A stretch of DNA of 64,000 bases, taken from assembly GCA_963783885.1 (NCBI GenBank), contig CAWAPJ010000001.1:1-64000 (forward strand), given 5' to 3'. The notes under the pieces are model-generated. The model worked only from the letters and a program-made list of their open reading frames with translations. It made no database searches and was not told the origin of the DNA. This document shows, piece by piece, positions 27,801-37,616 of the stretch. The DNA is from Waddliaceae bacterium (GTDB taxonomy: Bacteria; Chlamydiota; Chlamydiia; Chlamydiales; SLFE01). Numbering within the stretch: position 1 is the first letter of the stretch; the number at the start of each line of letters is the position of its first letter. A program made the position numbers and the translations under genes.

Positions 27801-30517
27801 AAATCACCATATGCACAGGCCCTTCCGGATCAGGGAAAAGTTCTTTTGCCTTCGACACCGTCTATGCCGAAGGACAAAGACGCTACATTGAATCGCTATC
27901 CCCTTACGCCCGTCAATTCGTCAAACAAATGCCAAAGCCGGTTTTAGATGCCATCGCCGGACTGTCTCCCGCCATTTCCATCGAGCAAAAAATCCATGCG
28001 GGCAACCCCCGCAGCACCGTCGGCACCCTGACCGAAGTTTATGACTATCTGCGGATCCTTTATGCCAGAATCGGCACACCTCACTGTCCCGAAACTAAAG
28101 AGAAGATCAAAGCCATCAGCAAAGATTATGTCGTCGACCGCGTGATGGGATATCCTGCAGATATTCCTCTCTATTTTCTCGCTCCTATAGGCAGACAGGA
28201 AAAATTTTCTGAAATTGTCTCCCGATTTCAGCGCATGGGATATCTCAGGATTCGGCTCGACAAAGATTTCTACGAACTTGAGAATCCCGAGGCCATCCCC
28301 TTCGACCCTAAACGGAAACATGAACTCCTCCTTGTTGTCGATCGGTTAAAGTCCGGCCCGAACATCCGCCAGCGCGTTTTTGAAGCTGTTGAAACATGCG
28401 CCAAGATCGGCGCCAACCGCTTAATCATTCAAAAAGGAGAAGAAGATATCTTCTTCAACCTCTCCTTTTCTGTTGAAAGCACAGGCAAGTCCTACCCTGA
28501 AATCACGCCACACACCTTTTCTTTCAACACCCCAGATGGGATGTGCCCTTATTGCGAAGGACTCGGATTTCAATATGGAGCAAGCCTCATCAAGCATCCA
28601 GAGATTATGGATCTTTCCTTCATTGAATTGATGCAGCAGCTTTGGGGCGATTATTTTTCCGAGGCAGCCTATGAGATGCTTTACCTGTTTCTTAGCTCCG
28701 AAGGAATTGAATCCGAAGTGCCGCTTAGCGATCTTCCCCTCAGGCATCTTCAAATGCTTTTGGAAGGCACGCCGGAATCTAAGCTCTATCAAACCTCTGA
28801 AGGGCTCTATTTCCGCTGGGCGGGATTGAACCATCTCCTTGCACACTCGATCCGCAGCGTCGACTCATCCATACGGAAAGCGGCGATCATGCTGATGGAA
28901 GAGACGCCTTGCATCTCTTGCGGCGGCGCCCGCATTAACGACCTAGCGCGTCATGTGACCATTAAAAACAAAGGAATTCACGACATCTGCGGCCTGCCGA
29001 TCTACGCTGCCCTTCAATTTATAAAAAATCTCAAACTCTCTACCGAAGAAAAGCATCTTTTGGAAGAGGTGATGTCGCAGCTTGAAAAAAGGCTCTCTTT
29101 TTTGTGCGAAGTCGGACTGGACTACCTTTCCCTAAACCGCATGGCTCCAACGCTAAGCGGCGGCGAAGCCCAGCGCATACGCCTTGCCCGCCAACTCGGA
29201 TCCGGACTCACCGGCTCTCTCTACGTTCTTGACGAACCGACTATCGGCTTGCACCCCAAAGACAACGAACGCCTCAACAAAGCCCTTCTGAAGCTGAAAA
29301 ACCTCGGCAACACTCTTCTGCTTGTCGAGCACGATCCCCTCACCATTTCTATTGCTGACTCTCTTTTCGACTTCGGCCCCATGGCAGGAGAAAAAGGAGG
29401 TCATATTGTTGCCAGGGGCACTCTCAGCCAGATCAAAAAAAATCCTAAGTCTCTGACCGGAAAGTACCTGTCGGGAAAGCTGAAAGTTGCTGCTTCCGAA
29501 AAAAGGCGAACCCCAAATAAGACTTCCCTCACTATCAAGAACGCCTCATTGAACAATTTAAAATCAATTGAAGTGAAGATCTTCTGCGGCCTTCTCACCT
29601 TAGTGACCGGCGTCTCCGGATCGGGAAAATCGACACTGATCCATCAAATCCTTTCGCCGGCAGTCGAAAAAGGACTTTTATCCGGAGAGGATAGATTCGC
29701 ATTTCCCTTTGGTAAAGTGCAGGGCATACAGAATTTCGATACCATCATTTCCATCGACCAGAATCCAATAGGCCATACAGTTCGCTCGAATGTCGGAACC
29801 TATACCGAAGTTCTCGACAGAATGAGAGAATTTTTCGCCAAACTTCCCGGGGCTCGAGCCAAAGGACTCCTTTCCCGTCATTTCAGCTACAACCACAAAA
29901 AAGGCATGTGTACGGGCTGCTGGGGACTGGGGTATAAACGAGTCGAGATGTTTTTCCTCCCCCCAATCAAGGTTCCCTGCGAAGAGTGCAGTGGCCTTCG
30001 GTTGAACCCTGTAAGCCTCGAAGTCAAATATGACGGAAAAAACTTTGGCCAGTATTTAGACTCTACCGTAAATGAAGCGCGTCTTGCTTTCGAGAATTTC
30101 CCGAGAATCACACGCATTCTAGACACCCTTATCGGCGTCGGCCTGGGCTATCTCAAGCTTGGCCAGGAAATGGTCACCCTCTCCGGCGGCGAAGCCCAAC
30201 GCATTAAACTGAGCCGCGAGCTAGCCAAGAGGGCTCGAGGAAAGACTCTCTACATCATGGACGAACCGACTATAGGCCTTCATAGCGACGATATTCAGAA
30301 GCTTCTCAAGGTACTCCACCGACTAGTCGACAAAGGCCACACAATGGTCATCATCGAACACAACCTCGATATGATCAAAAATGCCGACCACGTCATCGAT
30401 CTCGGCCCCGGCGCCGGCGAGAAAGGAGGCAATGTCATGTTTACCGGCACTCCAGAAGAACTCGCCCGCTGTAAAAAGTCCGCTACAGCCGGGTATCTCG
30501 CTTCGTGCAATAAGTAG
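24845..30517 (+). CDS. uvrA: Excinuclease ABC subunit A, tandem double-length chlamydial form, 1890 aa
   Basis: Four GxSGSGKS Walker A motifs and four LSGGEAQR signatures; zinc-finger CxxC motifs. Confidence 0.98.
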   Translation: MKALTVKKVRVHNLKGFDISLPTRQLIVLCGVSGSGKSSLAFDTIYTEGQRRYVESLSHFAKRQMGELSKPDIESAEGISPTISIEQKTAGRNPRSTVGTMTQVYDYLRVLFARIGTAYCPKSGDPVEPQSKERIIKTVQAYPDKSKIIIMAPFARDKKGEFKEDFQDLLKKGYMRVRADGKWISLDDDVSLDGSVHHNIDLVIDRTEVKPGNKSRIGGSITQALQQGGGICMVYNAETEEEELFSMHAFSPKSGLSYQSLEPQDFSFNSPIGMCPRCHGLGMINEFKLDLIINPDKSIAKDCCSIATSYQTVRYGNIYDNLAKIFDFSVKTPWKKLSQKAQDIFLYGTPDDRWLKMTFVHPVKSYVWTDRIKWKGVLHEAHVRYQEAKTERYRKKMAELMHKQVCPDCRGTRLKPYPAAAKLSGKSISEISSMTIGECVRFFEGISLTRTEQLIAEELLKEIRERLHFLVQVGLHYLALDRTAPTLSGGEAQRVRLASQIGCGLVGITYVLDEPSIGLHPRDNLKLIETLKHLRNMGNTVLVVEHDEETILSADYVVDFGPGAGSKGGEIVVQGDLKKLLQNPRSLTAGYLRGDLTIPIPRKRRKPSKAKLQIIGARHHNLKEVNVEFPLEAFIGITGVSGSGKSSLISEILYPALSNKLHGGEHDVGEHKKILGIKNIDKAIGIDQSPIGRNPRSNPATYIKLFDDIRDLFAKLPESKARGYKPGRFSFNVREGSCTECSGMGLNKVDMDFMEDAWVLCPLCLGKRFDTETLSVKFKGKSIYDILEMDVDKAFEFFQNIPSIRHKLEVLLKVGLGYLKLGQFSTTLSGGEAQRIKLAKELVRPATGKTLYILDEPTTGLHYHDVKHLLEVLHELVNRGNTVIVIEHNMEVIKTADWIIDLGPEGGAGGGNIVGAGTPEQIAKKKTATGQAVSHILNGTLLKEVQKILQKPPAKKKSVKGIQHIIVENARQNNLKGVDASIPRGKITICTGPSGSGKSSFAFDTVYAEGQRRYIESLSPYARQFVKQMPKPVLDAIAGLSPAISIEQKIHAGNPRSTVGTLTEVYDYLRILYARIGTPHCPETKEKIKAISKDYVVDRVMGYPADIPLYFLAPIGRQEKFSEIVSRFQRMGYLRIRLDKDFYELENPEAIPFDPKRKHELLLVVDRLKSGPNIRQRVFEAVETCAKIGANRLIIQKGEEDIFFNLSFSVESTGKSYPEITPHTFSFNTPDGMCPYCEGLGFQYGASLIKHPEIMDLSFIELMQQLWGDYFSEAAYEMLYLFLSSEGIESEVPLSDLPLRHLQMLLEGTPESKLYQTSEGLYFRWAGLNHLLAHSIRSVDSSIRKAAIMLMEETPCISCGGARINDLARHVTIKNKGIHDICGLPIYAALQFIKNLKLSTEEKHLLEEVMSQLEKRLSFLCEVGLDYLSLNRMAPTLSGGEAQRIRLARQLGSGLTGSLYVLDEPTIGLHPKDNERLNKALLKLKNLGNTLLLVEHDPLTISIADSLFDFGPMAGEKGGHIVARGTLSQIKKNPKSLTGKYLSGKLKVAASEKRRTPNKTSLTIKNASLNNLKSIEVKIFCGLLTLVTGVSGSGKSTLIHQILSPAVEKGLLSGEDRFAFPFGKVQGIQNFDTIISIDQNPIGHTVRSNVGTYTEVLDRMREFFAKLPGARAKGLLSRHFSYNHKKGMCTGCWGLGYKRVEMFFLPPIKVPCEECSGLRLNPVSLEVKYDGKNFGQYLDSTVNEARLAFENFPRITRILDTLIGVGLGYLKLGQEMVTLSGGEAQRIKLSRELAKRARGKTLYIMDEPTIGLHSDDIQKLLKVLHRLVDKGHTMVIIEHNLDMIKNADHVIDLGPGAGEKGGNVMFTGTPEELARCKKSATAGYLASCNK

Positions 30518-31025
30518 CCATCAGTATGTAGAGTATAAGAGTCAGCCCGAAGAAGAGCATATTGACCCCTACCAAAACCCCAAAGACCCAAAGGGAAGTC
30601 TCGGGACCGAAGAACCAGACTCCAAAAGCTAAACCGATAGCCAGAATGCCGCTGTAGATGTACCACCTAGCGTGTTCGATAAAAGGTCCAGTAATGACTT
30701 TTGTAATGCCGTCAACAATGAACCAAACACTTAAGAGGATGCTCAAAATCATCACGCTTTTCATTGGCAGTGTCAGAAGAAGTATACCGATTGCGATGTA
30801 GGAAATGAGATTGATTACGGTGGGTATCCAGCCTCCAGGATGCTCCCGCCATTCAATGGCACGGGCAATTTGGTAGGCGCCTGTGATGAGAAACAAGATC
30901 CCGAAGAGCAATTCCAAACTCAAAGTCATAACGACCGGGAGTGTGATTGCAATTGAACCTGCGGCAAACAAAATTAAGCTCTCAACAAAAAGAAGCAGCC
31001 GATGTTTGTGAATAATGTCCATCAA
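30483..31025 (-). CDS. HdeD/DUF308 family membrane protein
   Basis: About six TM segments with the repeated G..AI..P / GI..I pattern and terminal GVLVGVNMLFFG; AAGGAG SD. Confidence 0.85.
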   Translation of the reverse strand: MMDIIHKHRLLLFVESLILFAAGSIAITLPVVMTLSLELLFGILFLITGAYQIARAIEWREHPGGWIPTVINLISYIAIGILLLTLPMKSVMILSILLSVWFIVDGITKVITGPFIEHARWYIYSGILAIGLAFGVWFFGPETSLWVFGVLVGVNMLFFGLTLILYILMATYCTKRDTRL

Positions 31026-31309
31026 AATGACTCCTTAAAAATTATTTCTCTCTAACACTTATCCTATTAAAAATTAAATTTGATCCGCAACATAATTATT
31101 AATAAAGAATTGATTTAATTTATTTACCTTAAATTCATGCACTTATATTGATCACGATAGATTTTTAATAATAGTTTTTGGCTTTGTTGCACAATTCACC
31201 ACAGAGCCCACAAGAGCGCACAGAGAGAATATGAGAGATTTGCTTTAAGCTGCTATTAATTCACTTTCAGGCATTCCCTGCCTTGTCATTATGTTTAGTG
31301 CTTCGCATT

Positions 31310-31507
31310 TTGCCCTTGATGATGATGGCAAAAGCCATTACCTCCGGTGATGACATCTTACATTGAGAATCGTCTTTTAGCCCAAAAACTTTCCAAACTT
31401 CATCGCAAATACAATAAATTACTGTGACTGCACCAAGCATATCTTTCCTCCAACTTTTTTGAGAAAAGATAATCACTTTCTAGAGATGTCTTACAGCGGA
31501 TTAGGGT
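31310..31507 (-). mobile_element. IS982-family remnant: left IR plus the first ~40 transposase codons
   Basis: End 5'-ACCCTAATCCGC at 31507; GGAGG SD; ATG 31440 MLGAVTVIYCICDEVWKVFGLKDDSQCKMSSPEVMAFAII, clearly homologous to the N-terminus of the transposase at 173. Confidence 0.85.
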
Positions 31508-31568
31508 TACAGTCAGCGATTGACAATTAAAATACAAGGTGCTTAGATTCTTTATGGAGGAAATTCCC

Positions 31569-32612
31569 ATGGAATATAGGCAGTTAGGTCGGAGCGGTTT
31601 TAAGGTCCCTGTATTGAGTTTTGGAACGGCCACTTTCGGGGGAAAAGGAGAATTATATCAAGCATGGGGAAAAACCGACGTCAAAGAAGCCTCCCGCATG
31701 GTCGACATCTGCTTAGATCATGGGGCAACTTTATTCGATTCGGCCGATGTTTACTCATCCGGGTCTTCAGAAGCTATCCTAGGGGCTGCGATAAAAAAAC
31801 GCCGCCACAAGGTGCTCCTTTCTACAAAAGCAACTTTCCGGTTTAGTAAAGATGATCCCAATGACGCAGGGTCTTCCCGCCACCACCTGATCAATGCTGT
31901 TGAAGGAAGCCTAAAACGATTAGGCACTGACTATATAGATTTATTCCAATTGCATGGATTTGATGCCTCGACTCCTGTAGAGGAAACAATAAAGACTCTT
32001 GACAATCTCGTTCAAAGCGGAAAAATCCGCTATATCGGCTGCTCCAATTTTTCCGGCTGGCATCTCATGAAATCGCTTTCGATATCAGATAGAGAAGGGC
32101 TGGAGCGGTATGTAGCCTATCAAGGATATTACTCTTTAATCGGTCGGGATTATGAAGCAGAGCTCATGCCCCTTGCCTTGGATCAAGGGATTGGCTTGTT
32201 GGTTTGGAGTCCTCTCGGATGGGGAAGATTGACGGGAAAAATCACAAGAAAATCGCCGTCCCCGCCTTCAGTGAGCCGCTTGCATGCCACGTCTGAGGCG
32301 GGCCCGCCGGTAGAAGATGATTATTTCTTTAATGTCATTGATGTCTTAGAAGAGATCGTAAGTGAAACAGGGAAATCGATTCCGCAAATAGCGATTAATT
32401 GGCTGCTTCAAAGGCCCACTGTTGCCAATGTGATTCTCGGTGCAAGAAATGAAGAGCAGCTTAAAGACAATCTCGGGTCTGTTGGCTGGAACTTAAGCAA
32501 AGATCAGATGGAAAGGCTTGGTAAAGCAAGCCAAAAAACCCTTCCTTATCCCTACTGGCATCAGCTAAAGAGTATCAAAGAATCGACTCCCCCTCCTGTA
32601 ACCTATTATTGA
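31569..32612 (+). CDS. Aldo/keto reductase
   Basis: MEYRQLGRSG, FDSADVY, STK, SLKRLGTDYIDLFQLH, GKIRYIGCSN, WSPL; GGAGG SD. Confidence 0.95.
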   Translation: MEYRQLGRSGFKVPVLSFGTATFGGKGELYQAWGKTDVKEASRMVDICLDHGATLFDSADVYSSGSSEAILGAAIKKRRHKVLLSTKATFRFSKDDPNDAGSSRHHLINAVEGSLKRLGTDYIDLFQLHGFDASTPVEETIKTLDNLVQSGKIRYIGCSNFSGWHLMKSLSISDREGLERYVAYQGYYSLIGRDYEAELMPLALDQGIGLLVWSPLGWGRLTGKITRKSPSPPSVSRLHATSEAGPPVEDDYFFNVIDVLEEIVSETGKSIPQIAINWLLQRPTVANVILGARNEEQLKDNLGSVGWNLSKDQMERLGKASQKTLPYPYWHQLKSIKESTPPPVTYY

Positions 32613-33574
32613 GTAGTGAGAAGGACTTTACCTACACTCTTTCGGCTTTCCAGCTTTTGATGAGCCTCAGCAGCTTTTTCAAGCGGAAATGTTTGATCTA
32701 TACGAAGCTTTAGCCAGCCCTCCTTAATGCCTCCTATCACAGCTTTTGCCCGGCTCATCAGCTCTTGCCTGTTCAAAAGAAAGTTAAATAAACTCCCCCC
32801 TGAGAGTGTCAAAGAGTGTTTCATTAACTCATTTGGAGAGATAGGATCGGCAGGGCCGCTTGCAGCTCCAAATATCACAATATGACCACGCCGTGCCGCA
32901 GCTTTCAAGTTGCCTTGAAACGTGGTTTTGCCAACGCCATCAATGATGAAGTCGACACCATGTTTGTTTGTTAATCTTTTGATTTCTTCGACAAAATCCT
33001 GTTCTGTATAGATAATAATTTCGTCTGCTCCGGCATCTTTTGCAATCCTGGCTTTCTCTTCGGTAGAAACAGTCCCTATAACCCTCGCGCCTAAATGTAT
33101 TGCCCATTGAGTCAGCAAGAGCCCCATCCCTCCGGCAGCTGCATGAATTAAAATCACATCGTTTGGTTTTATTTTTCGAAATTCGTGCAAAAGATAATGA
33201 GCTGTCATTCCCTGAAGAGGAAATGCCGCCCCTTGCTCAAAGGAAAATTCAGCCGGCAAAGGTATCAAGTGGTCGGCTTGAACAATATTTTGCTCGGCAT
33301 AAGAACCCGGCTGATGAACATATGCTACCCGATCTCCCGGTTTTACATTCTCAACAGATTTTCCGACAGCCTCGACAATTCCGGAAGCTTCAAGACCGGG
33401 AATATAAGGAAGGGGCACAGGATACGTCCCTCTTCTTTGATAAATATCAATAAAGTTTATACCTGCAGCTTTGATGCGGATTAACACTTGCCCTTCTTTT
33501 GGCTGTTTTTCCTGAATCTGTTGTATTTGTAATTCTTCAGGCCCGCCAAACTGAGCTATTTGTATCGCTCTCAT
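32606..33574 (-). CDS. qor: NADPH:quinone oxidoreductase (zeta-crystallin/MDR family)
   Basis: AAGINFIDIYQR.G.Y, PGLEASG, QGMTAHYL, HAAAGGMG, HQKLESRKSVGK. Confidence 0.93.
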   Translation of the reverse strand: MRAIQIAQFGGPEELQIQQIQEKQPKEGQVLIRIKAAGINFIDIYQRRGTYPVPLPYIPGLEASGIVEAVGKSVENVKPGDRVAYVHQPGSYAEQNIVQADHLIPLPAEFSFEQGAAFPLQGMTAHYLLHEFRKIKPNDVILIHAAAGGMGLLLTQWAIHLGARVIGTVSTEEKARIAKDAGADEIIIYTEQDFVEEIKRLTNKHGVDFIIDGVGKTTFQGNLKAAARRGHIVIFGAASGPADPISPNELMKHSLTLSGGSLFNFLLNRQELMSRAKAVIGGIKEGWLKLRIDQTFPLEKAAEAHQKLESRKSVGKVLLTTQ

Positions 33575-33730
33575 ATGTAATCCTCTTTTGAATGTGAATA
33601 TGCCTTTAGTCACTCGATATTGTCAAACCCAACAAAAAATTAATACAAAGCCCAGCGACGCAGGAACCGGTACGATTCACATAACATATGTAGCACTCGG
33701 AGTGTAAAATAAAGAACATTAGCAAAAATC

Positions 33731-35602
33731 TTAATCAGGAAGAATAAGAGGGACAGGACAGCCGAGAGCATCGCCTATGGCGCGGAACAGCTCAGCTTCG
33801 TATAGAGTTATCTTTTTATCCTGCTGGATACTTGCTAAACATCCCTCCAACAGCTTTTTTTTATCCTGAGGTTTAAGAAGAATCAAGATATTAATGGCAT
33901 TGTCAATATCTTCCCATCGTATTTGCAGCTTCTTCATTTGTGCCAGAGGTTTGACTCCGATTTTTTTTAATCCGGCATTCAAGGCGTCAAGTTGCTGTTG
34001 CAGACTTTTATTCCCAACAGTAGAAAGGGTTTTCAACAACAAATATCCTTCTTTAAGATGGTCCTTCAACTTTTCCTGACCCGCCACCTTTCTTGCCTTG
34101 CGGAACCGTCCATCAAGATGATCGATCAATACTTTTTCCAAAATCCATTCGAAAATATCAATTTTTTTATCGGCAAAAATGAGGTTCTTAATATTTTCAC
34201 GAAAGACTTCATACTGGCTTTTGGTGAGCGAATTCAATGTCGGAATTGCCATGTCGATCATAGGAATCCTCGCTTTCATCTCGATTTTTTCAATATCGGG
34301 AAGCAGCCGGTTCAGCTCGCGATAAACGCCAAGGTAAGACTCTTCCGAAAGTTTATCCATCTGGATTTCGCGAATTTCCGGATTTTTCGAGAGAAGAAGG
34401 CCATAAACAATGGCTCTTGCGCCGTATAAATCGTGAATCGCACCTTTAAGCGGAAGAGGGAGGGCGGCGATCAATGTTTTGGCCAGCTTGATTTGTTCGA
34501 CATTGGGCTTTCCGGTAGAATCGACAAAAGTTAAGGGGGCTTCTTCTGCTTTGGGCTCCTTTTTGGAAATTTTGGGAATGGGAGGCAGTTTTTTTGCTTC
34601 AGCCTTTTCCAACGAAAAAATCCGTTTGATCCTTTCGTCAATGGGAGGATGCGTGGCAAAAAACGACGCCATTGCCGATAACACCCCTGTCGCGAAAAAC
34701 ATATGACTGACTTCCGAAGCGCGGGGACTGATCACCCTCGACCCGAATTGATGGTCGCGTATCTTCCTTAAAGCATTTCCGATACCGCCGGGATTTCGGG
34801 TAAACTGGACGGCGGAGGCATCGGCTAAAAACTCCCTTTGGCGGCTGACGGCAGCTTTGATCAAATGACCGAAAAACGTGCCGACAAAACCGACAGCCAT
34901 CAAGCCAAGACCAACTGTGACTAGAGCAAAACCGGCTCCTCCGCGCTGTCTGGATGATCCAGCGGTAAACATCGAAGATCTAAGAGTATAATAACCGATA
35001 AGGCCAAGGGCTAAGATGCCGAACAAAATGCCCATCAAACGGATATTGATGCGCATATCCCCGTTGAGAATATGGCTGAATTCATGGGCGATCACTCCCT
35101 GAAGTTCATCTCTATTTAAAGATTCCACCAGCCCCCGCGTCACACCTATCACCGCGTTTGAAGACGAGTAGCCGGCCGCAAAAGCGTTCATCCCTTCTTC
35201 TTTGTCCAGAAGATACACCGAGGGCATAGGTATTCCAGCGGCGATAGCAATTTCTTCGACGACATTGAGTATCTTTTGCTCGTCCGCCTTTTTGGTGCCC
35301 GGATTGAGAAGACGTCCACCCAGAGATTCGGCGATATACGCCCCACCCCCTCCTTTTAGCTGCATTATCTTGAAGAGGCTGGCCCCACCGACAATCAAAA
35401 GAGTGATAATCGTCACCCATATAAATAGAGCCGAATTCCACAGATCCTCGGATTGAATTTCATACCCTTTTGAAGAAGAGGCGAAAGCCCACGCAACAAT
35501 AATATATGTAACTCCAATGATACCGACGACGGCGGAAATAAACAGAATGACAAGCCAGGCAGTATTTTTCCTGGCCCTCTCCTGATGCTGAAAAAAGTCC
35601 AT
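33731..35602 (-). CDS. M48 (HtpX-like) zinc metalloprotease with C-terminal extension
   Basis: MDFFQHQE, NAFAAG, AHEFSH (HExxH), SRQREFLADA, THPP; downstream of lemA. Confidence 0.93.
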   Translation of the reverse strand: MDFFQHQERARKNTAWLVILFISAVVGIIGVTYIIVAWAFASSSKGYEIQSEDLWNSALFIWVTIITLLIVGGASLFKIMQLKGGGGAYIAESLGGRLLNPGTKKADEQKILNVVEEIAIAAGIPMPSVYLLDKEEGMNAFAAGYSSSNAVIGVTRGLVESLNRDELQGVIAHEFSHILNGDMRINIRLMGILFGILALGLIGYYTLRSSMFTAGSSRQRGGAGFALVTVGLGLMAVGFVGTFFGHLIKAAVSRQREFLADASAVQFTRNPGGIGNALRKIRDHQFGSRVISPRASEVSHMFFATGVLSAMASFFATHPPIDERIKRIFSLEKAEAKKLPPIPKISKKEPKAEEAPLTFVDSTGKPNVEQIKLAKTLIAALPLPLKGAIHDLYGARAIVYGLLLSKNPEIREIQMDKLSEESYLGVYRELNRLLPDIEKIEMKARIPMIDMAIPTLNSLTKSQYEVFRENIKNLIFADKKIDIFEWILEKVLIDHLDGRFRKARKVAGQEKLKDHLKEGYLLLKTLSTVGNKSLQQQLDALNAGLKKIGVKPLAQMKKLQIRWEDIDNAINILILLKPQDKKKLLEGCLASIQQDKKITLYEAELFRAIGDALGCPVPLILPD

Positions 35603-35606
35603 TCGG

Positions 35607-36209
35607 TTAGAACTCCACTTTCACAGCCTCGCCGATTTCCGCTGATTTGAATTCCAAAAGACCCGCATCTTGATTGAATCCGAAAAACGGAGCAATCATA
35701 ACTGTCGGGAAAGATTGCCTGTAAATATTAAATGTCATGGCAGCATCGTTGAAAGCCTGTCTTGAAAAAGCCACTTTATTTTCTGTTGATGTCAACTCTT
35801 CGCTAAGCTGCATCATATTCTGACTAGCCTTCAAATCGGGATAGGACTCGGCCACTGCGAAAAGACGCCCAAGCGCGCCGGACAGCTTTTCCTCCAGCCC
35901 GGAGAGCGACCGCATCTTTTCGGCATCGCCGGGGTCGCCCGAGGCTGCTTTCAGACCATCCATTGCCTGGCTGCGAGCTTGGGTGACTGCTTCCAAAGTC
36001 TCCCTTTCATGCTTAATATACCCTTTTGCGGTCTCGACAAGATTCGGAATCAGGTCATGCCTCCGCTTTAGCTGAACTTCAATCTGAGCAAAGGCATTTT
36101 TATATCGGTTTTGCAGCTTGACAAGCATGTTGTAGATGCCGGCCAAAACAAATCCGATAATCAAAATAATCGTGACAACTGTAGAGAGAGTGACCCAAAA
36201 GATCCACAT
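35607..36209 (-). CDS. lemA: LemA family protein
   Basis: QIEVQLKRRHDLIPNLVE, ESYPDLKA, ELTSTENKVAFSRQ. Confidence 0.96.
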   Translation of the reverse strand: MWIFWVTLSTVVTIILIIGFVLAGIYNMLVKLQNRYKNAFAQIEVQLKRRHDLIPNLVETAKGYIKHERETLEAVTQARSQAMDGLKAASGDPGDAEKMRSLSGLEEKLSGALGRLFAVAESYPDLKASQNMMQLSEELTSTENKVAFSRQAFNDAAMTFNIYRQSFPTVMIAPFFGFNQDAGLLEFKSAEIGEAVKVEF

Positions 36210-36229
36210 AAAATCCTCGCACTAATGTC

Positions 36230-36258
36230 AGTCTATCCCCTGGCCTGCCTCATGTCAA
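36230..36258 (-). promoter_or_regulatory. Putative sigma66/70 promoter for lemA-M48
   Basis: TTGACA-17 nt-TAGACT on the - strand, 20 nt before the ATG. Confidence 0.65.
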
Positions 36259-36338
36259 GCTCTCTTCTTAACTCGTTAAGATATTGACCCGTAGCAATTT
36301 CAAGCTAGGCGAAAAGGTATAAGATAAGAATTTTGTCA

Positions 36339-37616
36339 TCAACTCAAATCATACACCGATCCTCTTACAGCAGATATCTTCAATGTATCATTACTTTTGC
36401 CTGCTTCTTTAATAGACTCTACTCCCTCCACACTAATTTTATTCCAATCTAAATTCAGTTCGACAAGGCTGCGATTGACTTTCAAAGCTTCGGCAAGCGC
36501 AGCTGCTCCCCGGTCACCGATCTCACTTTCCGATAACTCGAGTTTGAGAAGGCTGCGATTGACTTTAAGAGCTTCAGCAATGATTTCTGCTGCTTTATCG
36601 CGAAGACAGGTTTTGTCCAAAGTCAACTTTCGAATGGGTGAATTTTCACTTAGAAATGCTTTAAGACCACTTTCCAAGCCGGCAAGCTCCATAAAAGACA
36701 ACTCCAGAGTTTCTAAATGAGGCAAATTTTTCAATCCACCTGCCCAATTCTTTCCTAACTGGATTGTACCATGAGCTATAATTTCGAGAGATTTCAGTTC
36801 CTTAGGGAGAGAAAGGAAAACGCTATCATCGATATGTAGTCTTCCCCTATTAAAATCCAGATGACGCATATAAAGAGTTTTTAGATGGGTCAATCGTTTG
36901 AGAGCCTGTACAAAAGGTTTTGATTCGGCGTCCATTTGCGGCAACCCTTCTCTTGAAAAGTTGTATAAATAAAGACTTCTCAAATCCGATAGTTCGCCCA
37001 AAGATTTCCAACCTTCTTTCGTCACCCCTGTGCAATGTTTCACTGATAAATAATGTAAACTTTTGGGTAGAGAAGAGAGAATCCGATCATCGATCCAACT
37101 TAGATTTAATCCCTGAATATTAGGACAATTATCCCGAATAAATTGCATTAATTCAGGATTAATACGATACTCAAGATCTAAAAGCTGAACATTATCCAGC
37201 ATTGTTCCATAATAATCTTTAAAATCTTTTTTATAATCTTCTTTTCTAAAGGATTCGCAGTTTCTTTCAAATTTTTCATCAAGTATATTTTTTACAACAA
37301 CATTGGATTTTAATTCATTAACCTTTGCTTCGAATTCAGTAATTTCAGCTTGAAGCCGTGCCTCCTTTTCAGTGTTCCCAAAAAAGTGTTTTTTGCAAAG
37401 TTGCCGCACTTTGCAATCAACATCTTGAATACCTTTCTCATAAGGCGCTATCTCGTGTTTGAAACTTAACGAACGTAATTCAATCTGATTAAGAGCTTTG
37501 TAGGCATCCATTAGCTGACTGAAGATCTGGCCAGGTTGATTTGCAGGTTCTTTACACTCTTTGAGACACTTTTGAATATGGTCCACTTGAGCCGCTATTG
37601 CTGTATTGATACTCAT
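36339..37616 (-). CDS. Leucine-rich-repeat protein with N-terminal coiled coil (effector-like)
   Basis: LxxLxL repeats; 28-aa RI-like units (AEALKVNRSL twice, DNA repeats 84 bp apart at ~36467 and ~36551); GGAG SD before ATG 37616. Confidence 0.85.
   Translation of the reverse strand: MSINTAIAAQVDHIQKCLKECKEPANQPGQIFSQLMDAYKALNQIELRSLSFKHEIAPYEKGIQDVDCKVRQLCKKHFFGNTEKEARLQAEITEFEAKVNELKSNVVVKNILDEKFERNCESFRKEDYKKDFKDYYGTMLDNVQLLDLEYRINPELMQFIRDNCPNIQGLNLSWIDDRILSSLPKSLHYLSVKHCTGVTKEGWKSLGELSDLRSLYLYNFSREGLPQMDAESKPFVQALKRLTHLKTLYMRHLDFNRGRLHIDDSVFLSLPKELKSLEIIAHGTIQLGKNWAGGLKNLPHLETLELSFMELAGLESGLKAFLSENSPIRKLTLDKTCLRDKAAEIIAEALKVNRSLLKLELSESEIGDRGAAALAEALKVNRSLVELNLDWNKISVEGVESIKEAGKSNDTLKISAVRGSVYDLS

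Noticed and set aside
24845-30517. Double-length UvrA as a novel fusion
   Set aside because: Tandem-duplicated UvrA is an established feature of Chlamydiae.
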